Under the pieces are notes generated by a model, which saw nothing but the letters and a program-made list of their open reading frames with translations, made no database searches and had not been told where the DNA came from. Both the position numbers and the translations under genes were made by a program. Shown one piece after another: positions 40,722-50,758 of a DNA stretch of 64,000 nucleotides. The stretch lies in the NCBI GenBank assembly GCA_963756875.1, contig CAVWPA010000001.1, forward strand, positions 32,001-96,000, in the 5' to 3' direction. Source of the stretch: an uncultured Verrucomicrobiae bacterium (GTDB lineage: Bacteria > Verrucomicrobiota > Verrucomicrobiia > Chthoniobacterales > UBA10450). The first letter of the stretch is position 1, and every line of letters begins with the position of its first letter.

Positions 40722-42881
40722 ATGAGCGGTATGCATAAGGTTTGTCTGGCGACTTGCGTGTTCTCGATCTTCTGCGCAGGCGCACTGTTCGGTCAAACTT
40801 ACGAAGGACGGCAGTTGGTAAAAGCCGAACTCGTGGCAGGCACCTCGGCCGTGGTTCCGGGAAAGCCCTTCACCATCGGGCTGCTTCTTCGCATGGCCCC
40901 GCACTGGCACACTTATTGGAAATATTCCGGCGACGCCGGGTTACCGACCGAAATCCATTGGCACCTGCCGCAGGGTTGGAAAGCCGGAGAGATCCAGTGG
41001 CCAATTCCACTTAAAACCGCCGATCCGGGCGACATTCAGACCTACGGTTACCAGGATGAGGTGATGCTCATGCAAACAATCACGCCGGCGCCGGCGATCG
41101 ACAAGTCTGCGGTCACCTTGTCGGCGGACGCAAACTGGCTGGTTTGCGAAAAAATCTGCGTTCCGGGTAGCGCGACCCTGCAGATCGAACTGCCAGTATC
41201 GAAGACGGGCGAGCCGAAGAATACCGAGCTTTTCGAGCGCTATCGGCGTTTGCTTCCACAAAACTGGCCAGGCCCGGACGTCGCCAAAGCCGCTTGGAGC
41301 CACGCCGGATCCGCTCTTCGTCTGCGCCTGATGAGCGCGGCGTTGGCGAGCCATCCTTCGGTCGATTTTTTTCCTCTGCCACCGGACAGGGTAGTTATCG
41401 GTCACCCTGAGATCGAGTCTCGGAACAAGGACGAAATTGTCTTTCGAATTTCACTTGAGACGTCCAGCAAGAATCTGTTGTCGATGCAGGGTCTCGTCGT
41501 ATTCGGGCCGCATCCGAATAGCGACAATCGCGCGGCGTGGCAGCTTGGAGAAACTGCGGCGCGGGCGGGAGCCGCGGCGGGTGCCGCTTCGATTTCGGCC
41601 CCGGTTTCGCCTCGAACACCGGCCCGCGGCATCCTCGCGTTTCTCTTTCTGGGTTTTGTGGGCGGTTTCATTTTAAATCTGATGCCCTGTGTTCTGCCGG
41701 TTATCTCGCTTAAAATTTTCGGTTTCATCAAGCAGGCGGGACAGAGCCGTCAAAAAATTCTGCGCAGCGGTCTTGCGTTCACAGCAGGGATTTTCGCGTG
41801 GTTCGTTGCGCTCGCCTTGCTGTTGATTGCGCTGAAGATCGCCGGTCGCGACGTTACCTGGGGCGGCTTTCAATTTACAAACGCTTACTTCGTCCTCGCG
41901 CTTAGCATCGTCGTGCTTGTCTTTGCGCTAAATCTCTTTGGCGTATTCGAAATCTCGCTGCCGCAAAGTATGACGCGCGGTCTGCTCTCCACCACGGAAC
42001 GCAGAGACCATTTCGGTTCGTTTTTTCAAGGAGTGTTCGCCACTGTTCTGGCTACTCCGTGCACCGCGCCGTTTCTCGGCACCGCGCTCGGTTTTGCATT
42101 CACGCAATCGCCTCTCGTCATCTTCTTGATGTTTCTGGCTGTCGCCGCCGGAATGAGTGCACCCTATGTTCTGCTCAGCGCGCAACCCGCCTGGTTGCGG
42201 TTTATTCCGCAGCCCGGCCCGTGGATGCTGCATGTCAAACAGTTCATGGGTTTCCTTCTGCTGGCGACTCTGCTCTTCCTGCTCTACGTGCTCGGAGCGC
42301 AGCGCGGTCTCGAGGGCGCGATTTGGGCGAGCTGCTTTTTGCTGGTCGTCGCGATCGCGTGCTGGATGAAAGGGGCCTTTTTCGGTCCGACAACGACGGC
42401 TCGAGCGCGAGGCGTCGTGCTTGTTCTCATACTCGCGCTCCTGATCGGCTCCGGTTTTTATTTCATCGGCGACAAGTTTCGTTCGGCGACAATCCCCGCG
42501 GCGAATTCACAGCTGGGAGACGACTGGCAACCATTCACCGCGGAGCGTTTGAAAAGTGAACTCGCGCAAGGGCGTTCGGTATTTGTCGATTTTACGGCTG
42601 CCTGGTGTCTCACCTGTAAATTTAACGAAAAAACCGTGCTCGAGAGCGCGCCGGTGCGCGACGCATTCCGCCGTCACAGCATCGTCAAATTGAAAGCCGA
42701 CTGGACGAACGGCGACCCCGCAATCACAAAATTATTAAAACAATTTGGCCGGCCAGGTGTCCCATTGTATGTGCTTTATCCGGGCAAATCCGAGGAACCG
42801 GTTGTGTTGCCGGAGTTGCTCACTAAAAGTATCATCCTGGATAAACTGGAAAGCGTTTCACCTACTATTGTTTCAGAATAG
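40722..42881 (+). CDS. dsbD: DsbD-family thiol:disulfide interchange protein
   Basis: WHTYW...GDAGLP, LVCEKICVPG, LNLMPCVLP, ATPCTAP, C-terminal thioredoxin WCLTC. Confidence 0.88.
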   Translation: MSGMHKVCLATCVFSIFCAGALFGQTYEGRQLVKAELVAGTSAVVPGKPFTIGLLLRMAPHWHTYWKYSGDAGLPTEIHWHLPQGWKAGEIQWPIPLKTADPGDIQTYGYQDEVMLMQTITPAPAIDKSAVTLSADANWLVCEKICVPGSATLQIELPVSKTGEPKNTELFERYRRLLPQNWPGPDVAKAAWSHAGSALRLRLMSAALASHPSVDFFPLPPDRVVIGHPEIESRNKDEIVFRISLETSSKNLLSMQGLVVFGPHPNSDNRAAWQLGETAARAGAAAGAASISAPVSPRTPARGILAFLFLGFVGGFILNLMPCVLPVISLKIFGFIKQAGQSRQKILRSGLAFTAGIFAWFVALALLLIALKIAGRDVTWGGFQFTNAYFVLALSIVVLVFALNLFGVFEISLPQSMTRGLLSTTERRDHFGSFFQGVFATVLATPCTAPFLGTALGFAFTQSPLVIFLMFLAVAAGMSAPYVLLSAQPAWLRFIPQPGPWMLHVKQFMGFLLLATLLFLLYVLGAQRGLEGAIWASCFLLVVAIACWMKGAFFGPTTTARARGVVLVLILALLIGSGFYFIGDKFRSATIPAANSQLGDDWQPFTAERLKSELAQGRSVFVDFTAAWCLTCKFNEKTVLESAPVRDAFRRHSIVKLKADWTNGDPAITKLLKQFGRPGVPLYVLYPGKSEEPVVLPELLTKSIILDKLESVSPTIVSE

Positions 42882-42884
42882 CTT

Positions 42885-43499
42885 ATGAAAACAAAACTGT
42901 TTCTCACTGTAATTACCGCGGTCATTGGCGGCGCAATTTACGCGTCGGACATTCCACCGGTCGGCAGCGCCGCTCCGGACTTCTCGCTCACCGATACCCA
43001 CGGCGAGACGCATTCGCTGTCGCAATACAAAGGCAAATACGTCGTGCTCGAGTGGTTCAATCCGGAATGCCCCTTTGTGAAAAAACATTACGGCAGCGAC
43101 AACATGCAGAAGCTGCAAAAGGAATACACAAGCAAGGGCGTGGTCTGGCTGACGATCGATTCCAACGCGCCGGGAACATACGGCAGCATGACACCGGAAG
43201 AAGCGCAAAAAATCATGACTTCCTGGAAAACGCATCAGACTGCGCTGCTTCTTGATCCGCAGGGGAAAGCCGGCCGCGCGTACGGCGCGAAAAACACGCC
43301 GGACATGGTGGTGATTAACCCCGAAGGCAAGATCGTTTACGAAGGCGCCATCGACAGCAAAGCCACGCCGAATCCGGCCGACATTCCAACTTCGACCAAC
43401 TATGTCAAAGCGGCTTTGGATGAATCGATGTCTGGCAAACCGGTCAGCAATCCAACCACGCGCCCATACGGTTGCCACGTGCAATACAAATCGTCGTAA
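42885..43499 (+). CDS. Exported redoxin/AhpC-TSA family protein
   Basis: APDFSLTD, VLEWFNPECPFV, YGAKNTP, Y.GAID, PYGC. Confidence 0.85.
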   Translation: MKTKLFLTVITAVIGGAIYASDIPPVGSAAPDFSLTDTHGETHSLSQYKGKYVVLEWFNPECPFVKKHYGSDNMQKLQKEYTSKGVVWLTIDSNAPGTYGSMTPEEAQKIMTSWKTHQTALLLDPQGKAGRAYGAKNTPDMVVINPEGKIVYEGAIDSKATPNPADIPTSTNYVKAALDESMSGKPVSNPTTRPYGCHVQYKSS

Positions 43500-43512
43500 C
43501 GCGGGCCTGACC

Positions 43513-43542
43513 TGTAGCCGCGGTCGGCGACCCCGGCTACAA
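43513..43542. repeat. GTAG-type REP hairpin between convergent genes
   Basis: TGTAGCCG..gtcggcgac..CGGCTACA. Confidence 0.8.
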
Positions 43543-43564
43543 CTGCTGGAGGGTGATTTCGCAT

Positions 43565-44365
43565 TTATCGAGCCCGTTTTGCTGAACGCCGCAAAGCCCA
43601 ACGTAAAATCGGCATCGGCATGAGACGGACGAGTAACATCGACAGTTTCATGGCGAACCCCGGGACGACGAGCGGGCGATTGGCTTCCACGGCTGTGAGA
43701 GTGTCGCGCACGACTTGTTCGACGGAAACATAAACGAACTCCGGCCCCCGTTCCGGTTCGCGGCCCGGGCGTTTTGCGACTTCTCCGAATTCTGTGTGCA
43801 CCGGACCGGGGCAAAGCGCGGTCACACTGATGCCCGTGCCGTGAAGCTCCGCGCGCAACGCTTCGGAAAAACTGTTCACGTAAGCTTTACTCGCGGCATA
43901 AACGGCCATTCCGGGAATTGGAAGAAAACCGGCCGTAGAACTTACATTCAAGATCGCCCCGCGTTTTCTTGCGATCATCGGAGGAAGCAGACCCCGGGTC
44001 AGCAATGTGAGCGCGGCGACGTTTACCTGAATCATTCGATCGTCTCGCTCCAGATCGCTCGTGGCAAGCGGCCCGTAGTCGCCGAGTCCGGCGTTGTTGA
44101 TCAAGAAATCGATGTCGATCTTTTCCTGGTCGAGCCAGCTCACGAGCTGATCGATCTGCGCTTTATCGGCAAGGTCGGCAACGCGCGCGCGCACATCCAG
44201 CTTTGGATTACGTTGGATGAGTTCGTCGCGCGATTGCTCCAATCGCTCGCCGCGACGAGCGACGAGAACAAGCGTTCGCGCTCGCGTGACGAGCTGCCGG
44301 GCAAACTCGCGGCCAATCCCGGCGGAAGCTCCTGTGATCAGTGCAGTGCAGCTGTCGAGTTTCAT
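43565..44365 (-). CDS. Short-chain dehydrogenase/reductase
   Basis: TGASAGIG, NNAG, YAASK, CPGPV.TEF. Confidence 0.9.
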   Translation of the reverse strand: MKLDSCTALITGASAGIGREFARQLVTRARTLVLVARRGERLEQSRDELIQRNPKLDVRARVADLADKAQIDQLVSWLDQEKIDIDFLINNAGLGDYGPLATSDLERDDRMIQVNVAALTLLTRGLLPPMIARKRGAILNVSSTAGFLPIPGMAVYAASKAYVNSFSEALRAELHGTGISVTALCPGPVHTEFGEVAKRPGREPERGPEFVYVSVEQVVRDTLTAVEANRPLVVPGFAMKLSMLLVRLMPMPILRWALRRSAKRAR

Positions 44366-45117
44366 TTTAGTCTTGCTCGCCGATGTGGCGGGCGTCTCGC
44401 CCGCGAGGTTTTTTGCTTTGCGGCCGGCGCGGGTGTCTTAAGGGCTTCCAACTCGTGTTTTGTCAGCATTCGCCAGTGGGCAGGTGGCAGATCGCCCAGG
44501 CGGAGATTGCCGATTCGAGTGCGGACCAGATGTTTGACGCGATATTCGAGCGTTTCAAACATGCGGCGAATTTGTCGATTGATTCCCTGACGCAACACCA
44601 CGCGCAATCGCGTCGGCGTAATGCAATGAAGATGGGCGATCTGCGCGCGCTGGCCGTCGAGAAAAATTCCACGGAGCAACTTTGGCGCGAGTGCGGGATC
44701 CCATCGCCTGTCCAGTGTCACTTCGTATTCCTTGTCGATCTTGTAGCGCGGGTGGGTGAGCCGTTGCGCGAGGTCGCCGTCATTCGTGAGCAAAAGCAGG
44801 CCTTCGCTTTGGGCGTCCAGCCGCCCGACGTTAAAAAGGCGGGGAAATTTCGAAGGAACCAAATCGAAAATGGTATCGCGCGCGTGCGGATCGCTCCTGG
44901 TCGCAACGAACCCGGCCGGTTTGTTTAAGACGAGATAGAGGGATGCATCGAGATGGACGAGTTTGCCGTCTACTTTGACATGATCGCTGGCAGTCGGTTG
45001 TGCGCTGAAATCGGCGCAGACCTTTCCGTTGATTGTTACGCGGCCGGCTGCGATCAGCTCATCACAATGACGACGGGATCCGACGCCGGCTGCGGCGAGG
45101 AAACGGTTTAGGCGCAT
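44362..45117 (-). CDS. rRNA pseudouridine synthase (RsuA/RluB family)
   Basis: RLNRFLA..G..SRR S4 domain, NKP.G, GRLD..SEGLLLLTNDG, NRQIRRM. Confidence 0.92.
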   Translation of the reverse strand: MRLNRFLAAAGVGSRRHCDELIAAGRVTINGKVCADFSAQPTASDHVKVDGKLVHLDASLYLVLNKPAGFVATRSDPHARDTIFDLVPSKFPRLFNVGRLDAQSEGLLLLTNDGDLAQRLTHPRYKIDKEYEVTLDRRWDPALAPKLLRGIFLDGQRAQIAHLHCITPTRLRVVLRQGINRQIRRMFETLEYRVKHLVRTRIGNLRLGDLPPAHWRMLTKHELEALKTPAPAAKQKTSRARRPPHRRARLK

Positions 45118-45125
45118 GGGGCTGA

Positions 45126-45202
45126 GGTTACAACGTTAAAAAGGTTACATTGTTAAAATGCAGGCTACGCTCGCCCGATTTAACGTTGTAACGTTTTTAA
45201 CA
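45126..45202. repeat. 8-nt periodic inverted repeat (GTTAMA / TKTAAC units)
   Basis: ggttacaa-cgttaaaa-aggttacat-tgttaaaa ... tttaacgt-tgtaacgt-ttttaaca. Confidence 0.8.
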
Positions 45203-45216
45203 AATCACCTCTGGCC

Positions 45217-45372
45217 TCACACGTCCGGCTTGGTTTTGGGCAAGCCGACGACTTTTCGGCCTTCTTTCCACTGTCCGCGTTTCTTGAGCAGTTCGACGCG
45301 TTCGAAGCGCTTCAGAACGTTGCGCTTGGCGATGATGGTGCTGGCTCCTCTCAGGCTGCGATGTTGCGACAT
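45217..45372 (-). CDS. PVC-superphylum small basic (signature) protein, 51 aa, absent from the ORF track
   Basis: Hand translation MSQHRSLRGASTIIAKRNVLKRFERVELLKKRGQWKEGRKVVGLPKTKPDV; MS.H.SL, RNVLKR.ER and GLPK motifs. Confidence 0.88.
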   Translation of the reverse strand: MSQHRSLRGASTIIAKRNVLKRFERVELLKKRGQWKEGRKVVGLPKTKPDV

Positions 45373-45460
45373 AAATACTTTAAAAGGTTGAAGCTGGACG
45401 CGGGAAATGAGCGGGCAAGCTACGCGGTTTTACCGGATTTTCAAACGCCGCGCAGCAGAT

Positions 45461-45555
45461 GTTAAAACGATAAAAAAGTTACAAGGTTAAATCGAGTTGC
45501 ATCGTGACAGGCGACAAGTCCCATGTCTTTTGTAACCCTTGTAACGATTTAACAA
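45461..45555. repeat. 8-nt periodic inverted repeat
   Basis: gttaaaac-gataaaaa-agttacaa-ggttaaat ... tgtaaccc-ttgtaacg-atttaaca; a half copy is at 19814-19840. Confidence 0.8.
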
Positions 45556-45564
45556 TTCAAAGAC

Positions 45565-47355
45565 TCAGAGCTGATTGCTCAATACCACGTACGTGCCGCA
45601 GGCGGTGACCTGGTGGTAAATATGGATCCGCTCGGTGAGCAGTTTTCGCCAATATGGGAGTCGGTCCTGTTCAACAATCAAAAAGACAGGATTGGAAGTC
45701 TTCCAACGCGCCAGCACTGCCTCGGCATCGACGTGTAACCGGTTTGCGCCGAGGCGTTCTGCAAACGGGTCCCGGGGTTGATTTACCAAGAACACCTTGC
45801 GATTAAGATAAAAGAGCAGACTGCTGCCGACATCGAGCGATCCTTCGTAGTAAACTCTTCCGCCCCGCCCGATCCGCCCGTTCAAGTACTTTGCAGCATC
45901 GGCGAGTGAAAAGAACGGCGCCACACGCGCCACGCCTTCGATCGAGCTGAGACCGACGGGAATCATCGCCGCAAGCAAAATGGTAATCCCGATCCGTTCG
46001 CGATTCTTGGCCACGAAGTAGAGTGCCAGCGCTGCGGCAGGAACGAGCGCGCTCGCCGAAAGCGCGACCATTGGCCGCAAGGTGAGCCATGTTGGGCCGG
46101 GGATCGTTGCAAGGGTTCGCCACGCCGTTGCGCGGTCGCTCAGTTCTTTCCACTGGGTAGTTGCGCCGCTCACGATTTCCGGCAGGAAAAGCGCGGCTGC
46201 GCCGGCGAGCAGCCCGATGATGGCCACGCAGCAGACACCCGCGAGGCGGAACCGGCGCGGCATTCGGTCCCATGCCGATGTCGCAAAAAGGCCGAACGCG
46301 CTCCACATGCTCATCGAGTAATAATCCTGGCGTTGTCCGAGTACGAGCAGAGGCACGAAAACAACACCGATCCAGCAGATAGGCAGTGCGTCCGCGAACT
46401 CGATTTCACGCGGCCGGATGATTTTGCGGGCGGCAAAAATCAAACCGGGAACAATGAGGAACGAGGCGGGAAACCACCACGCGAGATGCAACGCGAGAAA
46501 CTGGAACCGGGGAACGTTTACGTAGCTATGCGTCGCATCAGGCCGGCCAAGGAGGTGCGAAGCCGATTCCGCGCCGAACGCATACGAAAGGTAACCGGGG
46601 AAATGTCGCGCGATCCATATGTGCCACGGCGCAATGATTAATAAAAAGAGGAGAAAATATTCCCAGCGCAGCAGGGCGCGAAAACGGATCCGAGATTCGC
46701 GAAAAAAAACGGCAAGCAGCGCGCAGACCGCTGCGGGATAAGCCAGTCCATGAAAGCCTTTTGTCATACAGGCGAGCGCGGCGAAAATCCAGAAGCCGGC
46801 GAACCAGGCGCGGCGATGCGCGCGACGCTGATGGCCCGCGATCGCGCAAAAAATCGCCGCCACCACAAACGCGGCGAAGACCGGTTCGGGCATGATGATG
46901 CGGCCAAGCAAAAACATGCCATACGAGCAGAGGTAAATGAGCCCGGCGATAAAGCCGCGCCAATAATCCATCAATCGTTCGCCGATCAAAAACGTGAGCG
47001 CGACCGACGCGACCGCCGCCACGGCGATTGGCAGCCTCGCGGCCGCGGCGTTGATCCCGAACAATTTGAACGACAGGATGATCATCCAGTAAAGCAGCGG
47101 CGGTTTTTGAAGGCGCGGAATGCCGTCGTTGGTGGGAACCAGCCATTGATGGGCGGCAATCATTTCGCGCGCGGCGCCGGCGTATTGGCCGTCGGTTTCA
47201 CCGTAAAGCTGGCCCCAGCCCGCAGTACAGACGTGGAGCACCACGGCGAGCGCGATGAGGCACGCGAACAAAGCATGGCGCGTCGGCGGCGGCGCGAGCG
47301 CCTGCGGTTCGAGCAGGGTCTGTTCAATGCTGAACGTGCGGGTGCCGGCAACCAT
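45565..47355 (-). CDS. ArnT/PMT-like (GT-C) membrane glycosyltransferase
   Basis: D..YA.AAREM, W.VP..DG.P...KPPL.YW, AARLP, MTKG, PW; many TM segments. Confidence 0.85.
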   Translation of the reverse strand: MVAGTRTFSIEQTLLEPQALAPPPTRHALFACLIALAVVLHVCTAGWGQLYGETDGQYAGAAREMIAAHQWLVPTNDGIPRLQKPPLLYWMIILSFKLFGINAAAARLPIAVAAVASVALTFLIGERLMDYWRGFIAGLIYLCSYGMFLLGRIIMPEPVFAAFVVAAIFCAIAGHQRRAHRRAWFAGFWIFAALACMTKGFHGLAYPAAVCALLAVFFRESRIRFRALLRWEYFLLFLLIIAPWHIWIARHFPGYLSYAFGAESASHLLGRPDATHSYVNVPRFQFLALHLAWWFPASFLIVPGLIFAARKIIRPREIEFADALPICWIGVVFVPLLVLGQRQDYYSMSMWSAFGLFATSAWDRMPRRFRLAGVCCVAIIGLLAGAAALFLPEIVSGATTQWKELSDRATAWRTLATIPGPTWLTLRPMVALSASALVPAAALALYFVAKNRERIGITILLAAMIPVGLSSIEGVARVAPFFSLADAAKYLNGRIGRGGRVYYEGSLDVGSSLLFYLNRKVFLVNQPRDPFAERLGANRLHVDAEAVLARWKTSNPVFLIVEQDRLPYWRKLLTERIHIYHQVTACGTYVVLSNQL

Positions 47356-47359
47356 GATT

Positions 47360-47809
47360 CTACAAATCTCCTCCGTCACCTGGGTCTGCCGGGCTGGCAG
47401 AGCGATACTTTTCCCAATCTGCCGGCAATCGCAGCAATTTTGCAGCGGGCATTTCGATGAGCGCCAGCATCTGCCGGCATTCCGCGATCAAGGCATTGTC
47501 TTGCGGCCGCAGAATGCGAAACGCGCACCAAAAACGCACCCTTTCGAGGCGGTCGAGCCACCCTTCAACCACCAGGCGGTCACCCAGTTTGGCCGCGCGC
47601 CGATAATCGATTTCTGTCCGTACCACCACCGGATATCTTTCTGTTTTAACCATCTCGGAGAGGGCAAGACCGAGTTTTTCGGCAAGCAAACTGCGGCCGA
47701 TCTCGATGAAGCGCAGGTAGGCGATGTTGTGCACGACCCCGCCGCAATCGGTATCGAAAAACATCACCTGCACGTCTGTGCGAATTCTGGGCGTCGCGGG
47801 GTCTGTCAT
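47360..47809 (-). CDS. Acyl-CoA thioesterase (YbgC/4-HBT family)
   Basis: [23 protein letters not shown]...A.LGD. Confidence 0.87.
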   Translation of the reverse strand: MTDPATPRIRTDVQVMFFDTDCGGVVHNIAYLRFIEIGRSLLAEKLGLALSEMVKTERYPVVVRTEIDYRRAAKLGDRLVVEGWLDRLERVRFWCAFRILRPQDNALIAECRQMLALIEMPAAKLLRLPADWEKYRSASPADPGDGGDL

Positions 47810-47852
47810 GCGTTACAGAGTAGTCTTATCAATATTCCGTGGATGGCGTCGA

Positions 47853-49802
47853 CTACGAAGCTGGCCTTTCCAACATCGACAAGACGGAATCGACCACTTC
47901 CTGAACCCCGACAGCTTTCATGCAGCGAAAATCGATCGGGCACTGGCGCAGGAAACAGGGACTGCATTCCACCTGGTGTCGAAGAATGATGTGATCGTTT
48001 CCGAGCGGCCCAGTCAGGCGCGGTTCGGTCGAGCCGAAAATGGCTACGACCGGGATGCCGATCAACGCGGCAAGGTGCATCGTGCCGGTATCGTTCGTGA
48101 GCAGCAATCGGCAGGCTCGCAGCTCATCGATCAACTGTTCGAGCGATGTTTGCCCGATTCGATTTCTGCACTGATCGCTCAACGCAGCCGCGATTGTTTC
48201 GCCAACTGCCGCGTCGTTTTGTGTTCCGAATAAAACCCATTGCGCTCCTGTCCGCTCCGTAATTGCCGTCGCAGCCTCGGCGAAACGTTCCGGCAACCAT
48301 CGCTTCGCCGGTCCGTACTCCGCACCGGGACAAAGAGCGAGCTGCAGAGGGACGGCCCCTGTGCTGTCCGTGACAAGAGGGACGCGATCCGCCTTCGCGC
48401 TGCTTCGGCGTGACAGGCGGGCGTCCCTCCAATTGTCGTCGACTTTCGCGCCGCAATCTTGTGCCAGGCGCAGATAGCGAAGCGATTGATGTTGTGGCGG
48501 CCCCGGCTTTCGCGGTTCCCGCACGATTTGATTTAGCAGCCAGCTTCGGGAATGGCCGCGGTAACCGACTCGTCGCGGAATTCTGCTCAGCCAGACTTCC
48601 AGCGCTGAGCGGAGCGAGTTTGGAAAAACAATGACAACATCGAAGGGCGGCTGCCGCCGGATTGCGCGGATGGTGGCAAACAAAGACTTCCTGGTCAGGG
48701 GAACGATTTCATCCACTTCGGGAACCAGTTTCCACATTGGCGCAATTTTTTCCGGAGCCGCAACAGTGACGTGCGCGTCGGGGCGGCCGGTTTTGATGGC
48801 GCGAACGGCCGGAACGCTCATGACCGAGTCGCCAAGCCAATTACTGGCCCGAATTAAAATGCGAAATGGTTTCAGACTGTGGCTCCTGAATCCGGATGGC
48901 AAATACACGCCGCGCTTGTAGTGCGCGAGAAGAAAATTTGGTCGCGGAGTTTTCCATCGATTGTGCACCCAGAACCAGTCTTCCGGGGCGCGACGAATCT
49001 GACCGGCGATGAGGTCGTTCGATTTCGCGGTCAGCAATTCGACCGAGTCGCGGCTGTTCTCCAATGCCTCGATAACGATTCGCCACCGTGCGACGCCCGC
49101 CGTGTAAACGGCAACGCCGACGAGCGCGGCGCCGGTGCGCCTGGCCAAGAGCGCGGGCAGAGAAGTTGTTGACGCAAGTCTCCCAAAAAAAGGGACCCAG
49201 AGCCCCTGGTCGCCCGCATGTTGGTCGCTAAGAATTCCGATCGCGCCACCCGCGCGTAGCAGCTCGATCGGTTTTCGGAAACCTTCTTTGCGATCGAACA
49301 TCTCCACTCCAGCGCGGGCGCGCAGTTTGCGGACGTGATTATCGATCAAACGATTGCCCAACCGCTGATAGATCGTGCTGTTGCGGGTGTAACCGATGAA
49401 TTTCGGCAGGATTTGAGAGATGAGTTCCCAATTGCCGAGATGGCTCAAAATCAGAACAACGCCGCGTTTGGCCTGAAGATGTTGATGGATTGCCTGAAGA
49501 TTTTCGATGGCAACGTGGTGTTCGAGTTGCTCGAGCGGCATGATTGCAACCTTGACTCCCGACAAAAGATTCGCGCCGAGCCGTTGGAAGTGGCGCCGAA
49601 CGAGGCGCCGCAGTTCGCGCGGCGATTTTTCATCGCCGAATGCGATGGCCTCATTGTGCGAGGCGAGCCGGCGATAGCGCGGCAGGATTAACCAGGCGCC
49701 GAACCCGAGCAACTGGCCGAGGCGGAACAGCACGGGCAATGGGAGCGCTGTAATGACAATCACGCCTGCCCGGTAGAGAAGGTAAAGACAGAATTCGCGC
49801 AT
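47853..49802 (-). CDS. Fusion of lipid A acyltransferase (LpxL-like) and LPS heptosyltransferase II (WaaF-like)
   Basis: N-half HLGNWE, DQ.AG, FFG..A, WFWVH.RWK; C-half NWLGDSVMS, PNSLRSA, PGAEYGPAKRW, TNDTG.MHLA, FGST. Confidence 0.87.
   Translation of the reverse strand: MREFCLYLLYRAGVIVITALPLPVLFRLGQLLGFGAWLILPRYRRLASHNEAIAFGDEKSPRELRRLVRRHFQRLGANLLSGVKVAIMPLEQLEHHVAIENLQAIHQHLQAKRGVVLILSHLGNWELISQILPKFIGYTRNSTIYQRLGNRLIDNHVRKLRARAGVEMFDRKEGFRKPIELLRAGGAIGILSDQHAGDQGLWVPFFGRLASTTSLPALLARRTGAALVGVAVYTAGVARWRIVIEALENSRDSVELLTAKSNDLIAGQIRRAPEDWFWVHNRWKTPRPNFLLAHYKRGVYLPSGFRSHSLKPFRILIRASNWLGDSVMSVPAVRAIKTGRPDAHVTVAAPEKIAPMWKLVPEVDEIVPLTRKSLFATIRAIRRQPPFDVVIVFPNSLRSALEVWLSRIPRRVGYRGHSRSWLLNQIVREPRKPGPPQHQSLRYLRLAQDCGAKVDDNWRDARLSRRSSAKADRVPLVTDSTGAVPLQLALCPGAEYGPAKRWLPERFAEAATAITERTGAQWVLFGTQNDAAVGETIAAALSDQCRNRIGQTSLEQLIDELRACRLLLTNDTGTMHLAALIGIPVVAIFGSTEPRLTGPLGNDHIILRHQVECSPCFLRQCPIDFRCMKAVGVQEVVDSVLSMLERPAS
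48347..48431. repeat. Composite REP-like insert in frame inside the WaaF domain
   Basis: gagggacggc-ccctgt-gctgtcc, then gagggacgc[30-bp module]gcgtccctc. Confidence 0.8.
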
Positions 49803-49957
49803 GCGGGAGCGAAAAAGATGACCGATGTCGCGCCACAGCGTAAAATTGCCTGCGCCGGGCTTCAATGAATATAATGTCCCCCTGTGACAACCCGCCAGAT
49901 CCTTCTCGCCAATGCATCCATTTTTCGTTAGGCAACTGAATTGCTACCGGGACTGAC

Positions 49958-50713
49958 ATGAACAAACGCGAAAAGAACCTGTGGCTCGGCCTGAATGAAC
50001 CGGCGCGGAAGGCGCTGGCCGGCCGCGACTACAAGGCAGGATCTTTTTCCCAACGTCTTGCAGAGTCCGGAGTGGAGGCGGGTGAGCTGGTCGCGGCGGC
50101 CCGGCGTAAACCGGCGGTCACGCGGGTTTGGATTCCGGGCGTGGAAATTTTTCCGCGCACGATTCATTCGCAGCCGCACCGGGGCGCTTTTGGCGAGCTG
50201 GTTCGGCGCGACGAAGGAGTCCTGGCGAGGATCGGCCTCTGGCCGAAACAATGGTCGGCGGCCTCCATGTTTACGCACAGCGCGAAGGGGTTTCATGTGC
50301 ACCCGCCCAGCGTTCCGACCGACACAACTCCAGAGAAGTGGCTGCGGCGTTTGTTTGTCACGGACGCCCGGAATTATTCGTTGCGCCGGTACGATGACGA
50401 ACAGTGGGACGTGATGTTCTTTTTGCAGGGCAGAGCGGAAATGATCCTGCGCGACGTGCGTGCAGGGCTCCCGGCGCGCACGATGCGATTCTTCGTCGAC
50501 GGAGACAATCACCGCGGCGCAAACAACGTGGGCGTCGTGGTTCCACCAGGCGTGGCGCACGCACTCCGCGCGGAAGGGTCCGAGGATGTGATCATGGTTT
50601 ATGGGACGAGCACAATTTTCCATCCGGAGTTCGAAGGCCGCATTGCCAGTGAGGTCGAGACTGCGACGTTGCCGGAGTCATGGCGCAAATTTTTATCGAT
50701 GAGCGTTGGCTGA
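49958..50713 (+). CDS. RmlC-like cupin (dTDP-4-dehydrorhamnose 3,5-epimerase-related)
   Basis: IPGV, RG.F.E, KGFHVH, L.DVR.G, VPPGVAH; divergent and longer than RmlC. Confidence 0.6.
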   Translation: MNKREKNLWLGLNEPARKALAGRDYKAGSFSQRLAESGVEAGELVAAARRKPAVTRVWIPGVEIFPRTIHSQPHRGAFGELVRRDEGVLARIGLWPKQWSAASMFTHSAKGFHVHPPSVPTDTTPEKWLRRLFVTDARNYSLRRYDDEQWDVMFFLQGRAEMILRDVRAGLPARTMRFFVDGDNHRGANNVGVVVPPGVAHALRAEGSEDVIMVYGTSTIFHPEFEGRIASEVETATLPESWRKFLSMSVG

Positions 50714-50758
50714 ATTAATGCGACCCCGAATGCTTTCGGGGCCGCTACAGGGTGGACG

